41,225 nucleotides of DNA from Octopus bimaculoides (lineage: Eukaryota). Location: the NCBI RefSeq assembly GCF_001194135.2, contig NC_068988.1, positions 50,062,274-50,103,498 on the forward strand. The letters run 5' to 3'. This document shows, piece after piece, positions 23,160 through 35,248 of the stretch (position 1 is its first letter; every line of letters starts with the position of its first letter). Under the pieces are notes generated by a model. That model saw only the letters and a program-made list of their open reading frames with translations. It did no database searches and was not told the DNA's origin. A program made the translations under genes and the position numbers.

Positions 23160-23230
23160 TCTTTCGAATCCAATTGGTTTCTCTGAGTGGTATCTCTTTC
23201 GAATCCATTGGCTTCTCTGTTGTATCTCTC
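23160..23230 (+). repeat. ~33-35-bp tandem duplication
   Basis: TCTTTCGAATCCA(A)TTGG(T/C)TTCTCTG..GTATC occurs twice. Confidence 0.85.
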
Positions 23231-23569
23231 ACGCTTCCCAATTCATAACTTATGATTTGGCCTGAAACTGCATGAAATTTTAACTCCGCACAAAAGCGCC
23301 AGAACGACGATTGACTGAAATATGGACCAAGGTCACCTAAATGAGGACCGATGCCTCCAAATATGGAAACTTGATATTGTGGTCCTTCTTTTTTTTTCTT
23401 TTATATTTCATTACTGAACTAAGCGTTTCAAATGCTGTGTACTGCTACAAGCACAAGGCCAATAAATCTGAGGGAAGGAACTAAGCATGGCAGAGACTGG
23501 TGCTTCATTTTATCATCCCCACAGAGATGAATGAACGATAAGAGCCGGAATCAAAGACCATCATAATTC

Positions 23570-23960
23570 TTCCAATTTTTTGACACAAGGTCTGTAGTTT
23601 TAGGGAGAAGAGTTTAATCGATTTCATCGATACCAGTATTTGATTAGTACTTGATTTCATCGACCCTATAAGAATGAATGCTAAGATGTTCCGGGCGGGA
23701 TTACAAATCAGAACGTAAAGAACCGGAAGAGATACTGATAACCATTTTATCCAACACTCAAACGATTCTCTCTCCTCACCGCATTATGAACCAACATTAT
23801 TTTTTTCTAATATGAGCACAAGAGCTGAAATTTAGGGGAGGGATGTAGTCAACCTCCAGTATTTGACTGGTACCGTATATTATCAACCTCGGAAGGATGG
23901 AAAGCAAATATAACACGGGCGAGATTTGAACTGCTGCTTGAAATTTTGTTCGACGCTCTA
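23570..23960 (-). mobile_element. Two degenerate family A SINEs
   Basis: Tail, TTTCATCGACCC central domain and head remnants at 23570-23785 and 23800-23960. Confidence 0.7.
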
Positions 23961-24385
23961 AGAAATATTATGAAACTCATAAAACAATGAAAATATTAAA
24001 AGTAAAATGGGTATTTTTTTTTCTTTTCACAATTATGGTATTCCAAGTTCTATTTTATTCCTGTTGTTTTAAAAGTTAATTAACAGTGCTCTTTTAATTA
24101 CAGGGTTGTTTACTAGTGTTCATAATGGCATAATTTTTAATACTATATTTTTCAAGTGCGGGGAAAATAAAATGAGTAGTGAACAATTACATTATTATTA
24201 TTATTAGAATCGCTGACATTATCACTGGAATTTCTTTAAATTTCCTATTATAGTATTTAGGTTAAAAACAACGCACCCTACTTCACTCGACCAAGCTACT
24301 TATATATGTGCATACGTGCGTATGTGTGTGTACATGGGTGCATGTTTGTGTGTGTGTGTGTGTGTGCGTGCGTGCGTGTGTGTGT

Positions 24386-24419
<34 letters not shown>

Positions 24420-24626
24420 ACCTATATGATGACTTAGTTAATCTGTGCGATGCACGAGACCTTTATGCTATATAAACAAACATCCTCCTTCGTTTTCATT
24501 CTGACAATACCAAGGGAAATTCCATTGGTAATGACTACGATGGTGATATATTTGTATGTGCGTATGTGTGTATATTACATTTATTTGACACACATACATA
24601 TATTCTGATATATACAAACATGTATA

Positions 24627-24847
24627 CAATAATCCCTCACCATATCGCGGTTTACCCATCGCGGTTTATTATTTAAGCTTACGTCGATTCCTCTATGGTG
24701 TTGTTTTGCATTTATGATAAAATAAATATAAACAAATTATAAAAATAATTTTAAAAAATATACAGTACAGTACTGTTTTTACTTCGCGGATTTTCACTTA
24801 TCGCGGGGGGTGTTGAACGTAATCCCGCGATAGTCGAGGGATTACTG
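24627..24847. mobile_element. Tigger/pogo-type MITE, 221 bp
   Basis: TIRs CAATAATCCCTCACCATATCGCGG and (reverse complement) CAGTAATCCCTCGACTATCGCGG; TA duplication at 24625-26 and 24848-49. Confidence 0.88.
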
Positions 24848-25080
24848 TACACACATTTTATTGTCTACGTTTCCATACCCTCATGGATCAAACGGAATTC
24901 GTTAAAATAGATTTTTCTTATCGCCAGCCCGCATCTGTTTCTACTCCATACAAGGTAATATTTCCCTATAGGTGGACTTGCTTTCACGGAATATCGGAAG
25001 CAAGGACCCCGCTGTTATGACGGTGTTGCTCTTTTACAACTAATCACCCAATGTCAAGACAAAGAGACTCAAACACACGC

Positions 25081-25150
<70 letters not shown>

Positions 25151-25227
25151 CATGCACGCACAAGCGCACACACACGCACAAGCGCGTGCACATACACACA
25201 CACACACACATCTATGTATACACACAA

Positions 25228-25385
25228 CAGGCTTCTTTTGGTTTCTTTCAACCAGAACTACCCACAAAGCTTTGACGGGCCTGAGACTACGGAAGAAGAC
25301 TCCCGCCTAATTTTTCACATTATGATGTGAAAAATATATTATTGGATAGGCAGTGAATTTCTTAACTACTCGGCCATGCCTCTCT
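25228..25385 (-). mobile_element. Degenerate family B SINE, 5' half
   Basis: Reverse complement gives a GGCCGAGTAGTTAAGAA head and CTTTGTGGGTAG..GAAAGAAACC..AAGAAGCCTGT. Confidence 0.65.
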
Positions 25386-25399
25386 CTCTAAATATGAGT

Positions 25400-25680
25400 G
25401 TGCCCTGCTGATGTGAAAAATATTTTTGAAAATCAAAGAGAAAGAGAATAACTATGGTCAAATTCTTCAAAACTTCCAGCTTCTATATCCAGATTATAAA
25501 TTCAAATTTATGTCATTGGCAATTGGAGCATTCGATTTTGTGAGTAAATGCTTAAATGACAATCTAGAAAAGCTGGGGGGTTTTTTTCGGGAAAAGAACT
25601 CAACCAGCTTACACACACTTTACAATTACAGCCTGTAAGTGGAACGGTAAAAATATGCAAGATTTTTTCTGAAGTTCAAT
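25400..25680 (+). mobile_element. C-terminal restriction-like endonuclease fragment of an R4/Dong-like LINE
   Basis: CPADV, KIKEKENNYGQILQNFQLLYPDYKFKFMSLAIGAFDFVSKCL..NLEKLG, then frameshifted LQLQPVSGTVKICKIF. Fits the ..P.D.N...K..EK..KY...PI.IGALG pattern. Confidence 0.62.
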
Positions 25681-25862
25681 ATGAGACGTTGGTTTTGTTA
25701 TCTACATTTCAATGACGGAGCTTTGTCTCTTTGTTAGAAACCAGTTCCTTCCTTACAGGAAGACTTCAAGTAATTTAAAATAGAAAGAACATACGTACAT
25801 ACTTACATACATACATATGTATGTACGTACGTATGTACACACATACATACACATATATGTAA

Positions 25863-25924
<62 letters not shown>

Positions 25925-26517
25925 ACATACATACATACATACATACATACATACATACATACATTACATACATGGCTGAACTTGGGATCTTGAGGAAGGA
26001 ATGCAAATCGTTAATTCGTACGCTACAAATAATAATGATATCTTGGAATATAAAAACCTCCAAGATTTAAAGATGATGGTTAAAAGAAGATTCTTCCTTC
26101 ACAACCTTAGTACCAAGTAGGTAGCCAGTCAAAATTTATTCTAAATTAAAAAGATAAAGAGAACAACGTACATATAATACATTCCTATGTGTATAAGGAC
26201 AGAGGGAGTGGGGAAATGATAGCAAGAGAGAGAGGGAGAGAGAGAATGGTAGTAAGAGAGAGAGAGAGGAAGAAGGGAAATATGAGTCGACCATGCCTAA
26301 TATGTACTCACCCACATTTAGTATTGATGAAAATATTAGTCATGTTGATGAGCAGGTTTCTACAATTTTATCAATTACTTAAATCAACTCTATATTCAGT
26401 TAAGCCATTTGTACATCTCTCTTGTACAAAGTTGTTTGATAAAAAAGAGCCACGTATACATTTTTTTTTTAACTTTCAAGGGCAGTATTATATATATATA
26501 TAACAGAGAGATGGATA

Positions 26518-26615
26518 ATGTGTCAATTCACTACAGCTGTTTCCAACGAATTTTTCATTGATTAATGGAGACATTATATCATTACATAAAAAAAAGTTTC
26601 ATCAGGTAAACACAT
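26518..26615 (-). ncRNA. Type I hammerhead ribozyme motif with long AU-rich stem II
   Basis: CUGAUGA (26599-26605) ... GAAAC-AGCU-GUA (26532-26543). Stem III is AC/GU with a palindromic AGCU loop. Stem I is UUAC/GUGA, a 4-nt bulge, then AUGUGU/ACACAU. Confidence 0.72.
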
Positions 26616-26825
26616 GAGTCACAACATTTCGAACCATTCAAAAATGAACAGCATATGCACCTTCATAATTCTACGAGCCTTGATGGTCGTAGAATGAATT
26701 TCGTAGTTCAAATGGGTAGTATTATAGCAAAAGACAATGCGATGTCATGTGTGGGGCATCTAAGATTTATATCATTGATGGGTGTGTATGTATATATATA
26801 TATAGAAAGTTATATATTTTGATGG

Positions 26826-26865
<40 letters not shown>

Positions 26866-27219
26866 NNNNNNNNNNNNNNNNNNNNNNNNNNNNNNNNNNN
26901 NNNNNNNNNNNNNNNNNNNNNNNNNNNNNNNNNNNNNNNNNNNNNNNNNNNNNNNNNNNNNNNNNNNNNNNNNNNNNNNNNNNNNNNNNNNNNNNNNNNN
27001 NNNNNNNNNNNNNNNNNNNNNNNNNNNNNNNNNNNNNNNNNNNNNNNNNNNNNNNNNNNNNNNNNNNNNNNNNNNNNNNNNNNNNNNNNNNNNNNNNNNN
27101 NNNNNNNNNNNNNNNNNNNNNNNNNNNNNNNNNNNNNNNNNNNNNNNNNNNNNNNNNNNNNNNNNNNNNNNNNNNNNNNNNNNNNNNNNNNNNNNNNNNN
27201 NNNNNNNNNNNNNNNNNNN

Positions 27220-27520
27220 ATAAAAAAATAAATATACCCATACATTATATTGTCTTTGAGCTTTTGTAGTTCATGTATAAATTGGTAGGAAAAATAAGGA
27301 TGCATGAGAGTTGAGTTTTGTTAGGTTTAAAAAAAGGGTTAAAAGTTTGTGTTAAGCAGGAAATGTGGTGACCACATTTCCTGCTTAACACAAACTTTTA
27401 ACCCTTTTTTTAAACCTAACAAAACTCAACTCTCATGCATCCTTATTTTTCCTACCAATTTATACATGAACTACAAAAGCTCAAAGACAATATAATGTAT
27501 GGGTATATTTATTTTTTTAT
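27220..27520. repeat. Perfect palindrome with 150-bp arms and a 1-nt spacer
   Basis: 27220-27369 is the exact reverse complement of 27371-27520, including homopolymer lengths. The left arm abuts an N gap. Confidence 0.95.
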
Positions 27521-27739
27521 ATATTATTGTTTTATATATTATTTTCTTCATTTTGTACTTTTTTGTACTTCTTTGTAAAAAAACATTTTCATTCTCCTTC
27601 TTGATAATTTGCTTCATCGCAATGAAAACCGGTTAGAGGGAATCTTAATTAAGTTGTGCTCCCAGTTCAGCATTCTGGCTTTTTTGCATTTTCCTATTGT
27701 TTCTCCACGTGCGGTTAGCACAACCCCACTATTTACTGA

Positions 27740-27781
<42 letters not shown>

Positions 27782-28462
27782 ATATAATAACTGTATATAA
27801 TATATATCATAATGACATTTAATCTCCGATTTTGAAGCGACAATTTTTTTAAATATAAATAAATGACCGAAAAATGATGAGCTAACCTCAGGTTGAATCG
27901 AATCCACAAATCGTAGCTGTCATGGCTCCTTGCGAATCTGATTGGCCAAACGCTAACCCCTCAAATTTCAGTCAAATTTAGTTTTTATATATATTTCATT
28001 TTCAATACATATATCTATTTCCACGCTTTTAAGCTTTATTCCCATTCATCTATCACTCAATATTTCTCCACTCTTAATTTTCTGTTAATTTTTTTCTTTC
28101 TCCACCTTCTCTAAATTACCTTTGACGTTAAATCTATTAACGGTTTTTTAAAAAATAAATTCCCATCGTTCTCCTTCATCATATACGCAGTAATCACATT
28201 CGGTTAACCCATTACCTCCCATAATTCTATTAACTGGAATTTATTTTATGAAACTTTGATTTCTAGCATAAAACAGCCTTAGAAACACGCTGGAATGGTC
28301 AAAATAACATTTCAAAATAACATTTTAAATAGAAAAAAGTGAGATATTGGGTGAAAAATTAGCAAACCTCATTTGAATATCAGAGAAATATACCTAGTAG
28401 ATACAGCAAAAAGGTTAGATATGTGTAANNNNNNNNNNACCATCATCATCATCATTTAACGT

Positions 28463-28505
<43 letters not shown>

Positions 28506-29017
28506 CACACACACACACATACACACACTGGGTGTCCATAAATTACCATTACAAATTCATACAACATATAGTATGTTGTAAAGATAATTTATGAATAGCC
28601 TGTATTATTTATGATATGATTTGCTCTTTACATATGTTTCATTGTCGTTTTATGGTTGTTTGGAACCACACCATTGCTTGTTTCAAGTAAAATTGGATGT
28701 TTGACTGTTGCAGTCACGCATCTAACTGTACAAATATATCATATTTATAACTGAGAAAATGTTATTTTAATCGTTAAAATATACTGATTAATGTCTGGTC
28801 ATTGAAGTCTTTTATTTCATTCATATTCTTGCAGTTAATACTTTAAAATATGGTTGATAGAATGCTAAACCTACTTTCCCAAAAAAATAGTACTGAAACC
28901 TGATATATTGTCTTGGGAACTGTATATAGATCCCTTGAGAGTTGTATGTAACTAATATATATACTATGTATGTAACTAATATAAATATTTATACATAAAT
29001 ACTTACATACATCTATC

Positions 29018-29049
<32 letters not shown>

Positions 29050-29187
29050 TATAAAAGTACATGTACATGCATACATATGTATATATGTTTTTATATTGTG
29101 TATATGTGTATACATATGTGTGTATACACATATATGTATATGTGTGTGTATAATATATATATACATATATACATGCATATATATATG

Positions 29188-29235
<48 letters not shown>

Positions 29236-29419
29236 NNNNNNNNNNNNNNNNNNNNNNNNNNNNNNNNNNNNNNNNNNNNNNNNNNNNNNNNNNNNNNNNN
29301 NNNNNNNNNNNNNNNNNNNNNNNNTATATATATATATATATATATATATAAACACGCAATTTCTCTACTATCTTAAATATATATTTGTGTGGGTTTGTGC
29401 ATTTGTGTGTGTGTGTGTG

Positions 29420-29522
29420 TGAATCTCCAATTTATTATTTTGTTGCATGGACCCCATTCCCCCCCCCCCAAATCTTATTATGGACTCTCAAGGGCCATAT
29501 GGACCCCAGTTGAAAACCACTG
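29420..29522 (-). mobile_element. One end of a hAT (Charlie-type) non-autonomous element
   Basis: Reverse complement begins CAGTGGTTTTCAACTGGGGTCCAT and has repeated GGGGTCCA subterminal motifs. No partner end found. Confidence 0.68.
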
Positions 29523-29597
29523 ATCTAGAGGAATGATGTGTTTGTGTTTATTTAGTTTTCAAAGTGCTCAAAATTAACCTGATGTACATTTTTACAG

Positions 29598-29702
29598 GTC
29601 TGTGTAGTGATTCTACATCTACATCCCTTCCTTTCTATGGGCATTTTTTATCCAGAGGGCAGCTAGAAATGTTTCTTCATTTACACAGAAGTTGGACAGT
29701 TT
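29598..29702 (+). CDS. Candidate internal exon (105 nt, phase 1-1), unknown gene
   Basis: Acceptor ATTTTTACAG, donor GTAAGA. One frame is open: xLCSDSTSTSLPFYGHFLSRGQLEMFLHLHRSWTV. No family recognised. Confidence 0.35.
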
Positions 29703-30135
29703 GTAAGATGATTATGGATTTTAGGTTGCAATTAGATTTTGTAATACTATTTTCCACATGCAGCTGTAGCTAGCATTAACAGAGTTTTTATCGAAAATTT
29801 TTTATATATGTTGTAAAGAGAAGTTCATATTAATCAATGTCAGAAATATACTTGCTATATTTGTGGATATTTTTAAACTGTGAGGTGGATTATACCACAT
29901 TACTTTTATATATTTTTATGTTTATTATTTAATTCATGTTTTTTTTTAGGGTACCAGTTTGACTTAGTCTCATCCTGTTGTCAATGTTCATTCATTATTG
30001 ACTAGAATTTCTGAAGAGAAATGTTCAGAGATTACCAATAAGTGTTCGTATATGATGTATCACACATGGTTGAGATTGGTCATTATCAAATGGGTATATA
30101 TTTTTTTTTTGTATTTGTGTACAGATGTGAATAAA

Positions 30136-30154
30136 AATAATAATAATAATAATG

Positions 30155-30207
<53 letters not shown>

Positions 30208-30275
30208 CATAATGATAACAACAACAACAACAATATTAAAATTAATAATAATAATTATAATGATGATGATGATAA
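30136..30275. repeat. (AAT)n/(AAC)n microsatellite
   Basis: Read directly. Confidence 0.95.
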
Positions 30276-30427
30276 CAGTAGTAATCCTGATTGACATCAT
30301 ATTTCCTTTATTGGTATATGTTGGCTGAGTCTATTTGAATACAGTGTCTTACCACTTGTCATAGTAATTTCGTCATCTAATACACACAACAATGGAGAAA
30401 ACCCACCTATCTATGCTATATGAATAT

Positions 30428-30469
<42 letters not shown>

Positions 30470-30633
30470 CATGTGTGTGTGTATATGTGTGTCTATGAAT
30501 GTATGTATGTATATATATTTGTACATGAATGTGTGTATGCATACATGTATATATATATGTGTGTGTGTGTGTGTGTGCATGTATATGTATACACCTGTAT
30601 GAGTGTGTGTGACTATGTTTAAGTATACACACA

Positions 30634-30672
<39 letters not shown>

Positions 30673-30808
30673 GAAAGTTATTTATATATTTATTGTCAAT
30701 TTTAACACCATTTTCCATGGCACTTGACCTGACTGAGTAATAGCCATATTCAGTCTTTCTCTGTCTCTGTCTCTCTGCCTCACACTCTCCCTCTCCCTCT
30801 CTCACACA

Positions 30809-30855
<47 letters not shown>

Positions 30856-31609
30856 NNNNNNNNNNNNNNNNNNNNNNNNNNNNNNNNNNNNNNNNNNNNN
30901 NNNNNNNNNNNNNNNNNNNNNNNNNNNNNNNNNNNNNNNNNNNNNNNNNNNNNNNNNNNNNNNNNNNNNNNNNNNNNNNNNNNNNNNNNNNNNNNNNNNN
31001 NNNNNNNNNNNNNNNNNNNNNNNNNNNNNNNNNNNNNNNNNNNNNNNNNNNNNNNNNNNNNNNNNNNNNNNNNNNNNNNNNNNNNNNNNNNNNNNNNNNN
31101 NNNNNNNNNNNNNNNNNNNNNNNNNNNNNNNNNNNNNNNNNNNNNNNNNNNNNNNNNNNNNNNNNNNNNNNNNNNNNNNNNNNNNNNNNNNNNNNNNNNN
31201 NNNNNNNNNNNNNNNNNNNNNNNNNNNNNNNNNNNNNNNNNNNNNNNNNNNNNNNNNNNNNNNNNNNNNNNNNNNNNNNNNNNNNNNNNNNNNNNNNNNN
31301 NNNNNNNNNNNNNNNNNNNNNNNNNNNNNNNNNNNNNNNNNNNNNNNNNNNNNNNNNNNNNNNNNNNNNNNNNNNNNNNNNNNNNNNNNNNNNNNNNNNN
31401 NNNNNNNNNNNNNNNNNNNNNNNNNNNNNNNNNNNNNNNNNNNNNNNNNNNNNNNNNNNNNNNNNNNNNNNNNNNNNNNNNNNNNNNNNNNNNNNNNNNN
31501 NNNNNNNNNNNNNNNNNNNNNNNNNNNNNNNNNNNNNNNNNNNNNNNNNNNNNNNNNNNNNNNNNNNTGGGGGGGGGGTGCTGTTTCTCAGTGCATATTT
31601 TATAATGCT

Positions 31610-32080
31610 ATTATTATTGAGAATGATGATGATGATGATGAAAGAGGAGGAGGAGGAGGAGGGTTGATGATAATGATGGTGGGTGTAGTGGTGACAATGA
31701 TGATGATGATGGTGATGATGATGATGATGATGATGGTGTTGGTGGCGATTGTGGTGGTGGTTTTGGCAGTGATGGTGGTGATGACGCTGATGATGGTGAT
31801 GATGATGCTGATGATGATGATGATGATAGTGTTGGTGGTAATTGTCGTGGTGGTGGCGATTGTGGTGGTGGTTTTGGCAGTGATGGTGGTGGTGACGCTA
31901 ATGATGATGATGATGATGATGAAAGTGGTTGTGGCGTCGGCGATGGTGGCACTTGTTATGACAATGATGAGGAGGTGTATGATGATGAGGATGATGATGA
32001 TGATGACAAGGGTGGTGATGGTAGTGCTGGTGGTGGTGGTAGTGGCGGGGCGGCGGCAGCGGTGGCAGTGGTAATAATAG
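31610..32080. repeat. (GAT)n/(GGT)n low-complexity field with an internal ~70-bp duplication
   Basis: GGTGGCGATTGTGGTGGTGGTTTTGGCAGTGATGGTGGT occurs at ~31741 and ~31853. Confidence 0.93.
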
Positions 32081-32314
32081 TGATATTTATACAAAGATAC
32101 TTATGATGCTTATTATCTATGCTATTGATAATAATAATAATAATAATAATGCTTTGTTTATTTTGTCACCAGGGTACAGAACAAGGGACATCATAAAAGT
32201 TCTAAATAAAACATAAACACCAGGAGGAGTGCTTCATCAAATGAAAAATACATATCTAAAAAAAACAGGTCATAAATATTACAGTAAACTAACAATGAGT
32301 AATATAACTGAATA

Positions 32315-32460
32315 TAATAGGTATAATAGGCATAGCTGCATGGTTAAGGTGTTTACTTGGCAACCATGTGGTTTGGGGTTCAGTCTCACTGCATGGCACC
32401 TTGGGCAAGTGTCTTCTGCTATAGCCAGTGATCAACCAACGTCTTGTGAGTTAATTGTGA
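32315..32460 (+). mobile_element. Degenerate family B SINE, 5' half
   Basis: GGTTAAGG...GGGGTTCAGTCTCACTGCATGGCACCTTGGGCAAGTGTCTTCTGCTATAGCC. Confidence 0.82.
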
Positions 32461-32519
32461 GTGTGTGTGTGTGTGTAAAAACCCATTGTTTATATATATA
32501 TATAATATATTTATAGATA

Positions 32520-32595
32520 TCATCATTATTGTTTAACGTCCGCTTTCCATGCTAGCATGGGTTGGATGATTTGACTGACGACTGGTGAACCGGAT
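32520..32595 (-). mobile_element. RTE-type 3' tail fragment
   Basis: TTTAACGTCCGCTTTCCATGCTAGCATGGGTTGGATG is the reverse complement of the tail family at 36880-36930. Confidence 0.75.
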
Positions 32596-32680
32596 GAGAA
32601 AATATTTTTCGTGGTTAGATGATTTGGCATCTATTTCTAGCATATAGGAGTCCACTTTTGCTGGTCATTCCTCTTATTTT

Positions 32681-32786
<106 letters not shown>

Positions 32787-33686
32787 TTTTAATAACTGTT
32801 TGATTCAGTTCCATATGACTTAAAGTGGACACATAGGACACACCCCTGGTATTTGGTGAGATGTATTCTTCCTCTGTGCTCACAAAACTCTAAGTCATGT
32901 GGATTGAGTCAAACTATTATCTTAGAATGTATGTAAGTCCCATCAAATATAATGGGTGCCATTTTCTTTCATTTGTCCACTAACTCATATGTATTTATGT
33001 ATGTATTTTCTTTTCTGTTTTTAATCATTTAAATTCTTCCTTTGAAGAAGAGCTTGGTTTCTAAAAAGATCCAAAGCTCCATCTCTGAAATGCTGATAAC
33101 GAAAACAATGTCAGATTTTAAACCTGAGAAAAGTCTTGCATAGTTTTACCATTCCGCTTACCAATTATAAGTCAACTGGTGTGAGTCAACTGGTTGATTT
33201 CATTTGCTGAAAATCCATGACTGAAACAAGTAAAAGAGTAAAAGAGTATTACTTTATTCAGACCTGAATGAATAATTAATTGAACTCAGGAAGGCAAGTG
33301 AAGAAAACACCTTTCAGTTTTACAGTGCTGACACTGCTTACAGCAGTGAAATATACCAATATCCAGTTCCTACTTAGAGCAGGTCAGAGTTAAGTTTCTA
33401 ATGTTGGTGATTGGATATGAACTACAGAACTCTCAGTTGGTTGTTCCAGGAACTCCTCAATTCAGCCATTCCGTTTGGTATTAGGGATGTATATGACTTA
33501 AGCACAGAAATCTGAAACTGGGTCATTAACTCAGTTCAGTGGGGGGAGCATATTACTCTACTCTGCAGCACTTGTAACTTTATACCTTACCTCTTTCTAC
33601 TTCTAGTTTCTTTGTGCGCATGTGTGTGTGTGTGCGTGTGCATAAGTGTTTGAATGTATGAAGAAGAGAGAGAGAGAGAGAGAGAG

Positions 33687-33721
<35 letters not shown>

Positions 33722-33789
33722 GGTGGTACATATGACTTAACCTTGATACTTAAGCATGTCACCTTTATTACACAGCACCACTTAAACAG

Positions 33790-33884
33790 AGAGTCATCGT
33801 TACAATCACCATCAGCATCAGTGCCTCGTCGTCATTGTCATGGTCATCATCATCATCATCATTACCATCATCATCATCATTACC

Positions 33885-33918
<34 letters not shown>

Positions 33919-34800
33919 TCACCATCATCATCACCTTCATTATCGTCATCCTCATCATCATCATTGTAATTATGCTCGTAAACATTGCCATCTTTCGTTA
34001 AGATAGATGCACTCATAATCTTCCATCAATGTCAGTACCTGGCTCATTACCAGACTTGTCATTATCCTTATTATTTTCACCACCACCACCACCACCATCA
34101 CCACCAAATCATTATAAGCACTCCCACTGTCATCATTCCCATCACTACTGTCACCAGGTCACTGCCACAACTACCACCAGACCCTTACCATCAACATCCA
34201 CGCCGCCACCAAACCATCACCTCCCACCACTACAGTCCTCAAGTCCATTGCCAGCACTGGTGCACCTTATGTCATTACCACCACCACCACCACCACCACC
34301 ACCACCATTTACCAAGCCTTCATCACCATCATTAACATACCACTGCCTTCTCCAAACCATTATCACCACCACAGATGCTGCCAAACCATCGTTACCAGCA
34401 GCAAATGAGTATAATTAGCACTACCATCTCCAACAGATTTACTATTGTTATACCATCACCACTACCACCACCACCAACAACAACAACAACAGCAACATCA
34501 CCACTGCTAGTGCTACCACACCATCACTATCACCACCATTAACACCACCAAAACCATTCATCACCACCACCATCACCACCCCTCCATTCTCACCCCCACT
34601 ATCACTGCCTCCTTGATCGTTATACCACTACCCCCCTCCCATTGACATAAAACCTATAGAAACCATCATCAACACCACACTCACCACCACCACCACCACC
34701 ACCACCACCACTACCGCAACAGCTTCTACCACCACTGTCACTACTAGCATCACCATTACCATTGCAGCTGTAACTACCACTCCCACCACCTCCATAATTC
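33790..34800. repeat. (CAT)n/(CAC)n low-complexity field
   Basis: Read directly; source of the spurious His/Pro ORFs. Confidence 0.93.
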
Positions 34801-35248
34801 CATATCAGTTCTATGAGTTTTTCAGAATCTTCTTCCATCTGCACCTCCAGGTTGCTTCTAGGTCAAGTGGTACTGTAGTCTCGTCACCTTCTTTAAGTTT
34901 AATTCTCATTAGTTGCTCACTTTATTCAAGTATGAGAGACAATGGTAGTGATAAGTTATTCAGGGGTCTGGTTCAAGGATCATCATGTTTTTTTTTTTTA
35001 CTTCGTTGCCTTTTTTTTTAATAGGGAAGGTGTGTGGTAGTGGGCAGGGGGGTTAGTTATCTTTTGCAGAGGAAAAGATATTTGTTTTTGTAATAATTTA
35101 AAAACTCACCACCACCACCATCATCATCACCAAGATATATAGTCTCAAAATTTGGCACAAGGCCAGCATTTTTGGTTTTGTTTCAGTGGGGAGAAGAGGG
35201 TTAGTCAATTACATCAACTCCACTACTTAAACTAGAACTTCATTTTCT

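Noticed and set aside
25323-25423. 15-bp direct repeat TGATGTGAAAAATAT as a target-site duplication
   Set aside because: The SINE body continues beyond the left copy, so the repeats do not bracket one insertion.
28508-28580. CTGGGTGTCCATAAA mariner-like TIR with a 9-bp hairpin
   Set aside because: No partner TIR found; too little to call an element.
33692-34844. His/Pro/Gly-rich ORFs as structural proteins (also 31600-32094 and 38844-39268)
   Set aside because: All frames are trinucleotide-repeat translations, with no signal peptide or reflectin, suckerin or beak-protein motifs.
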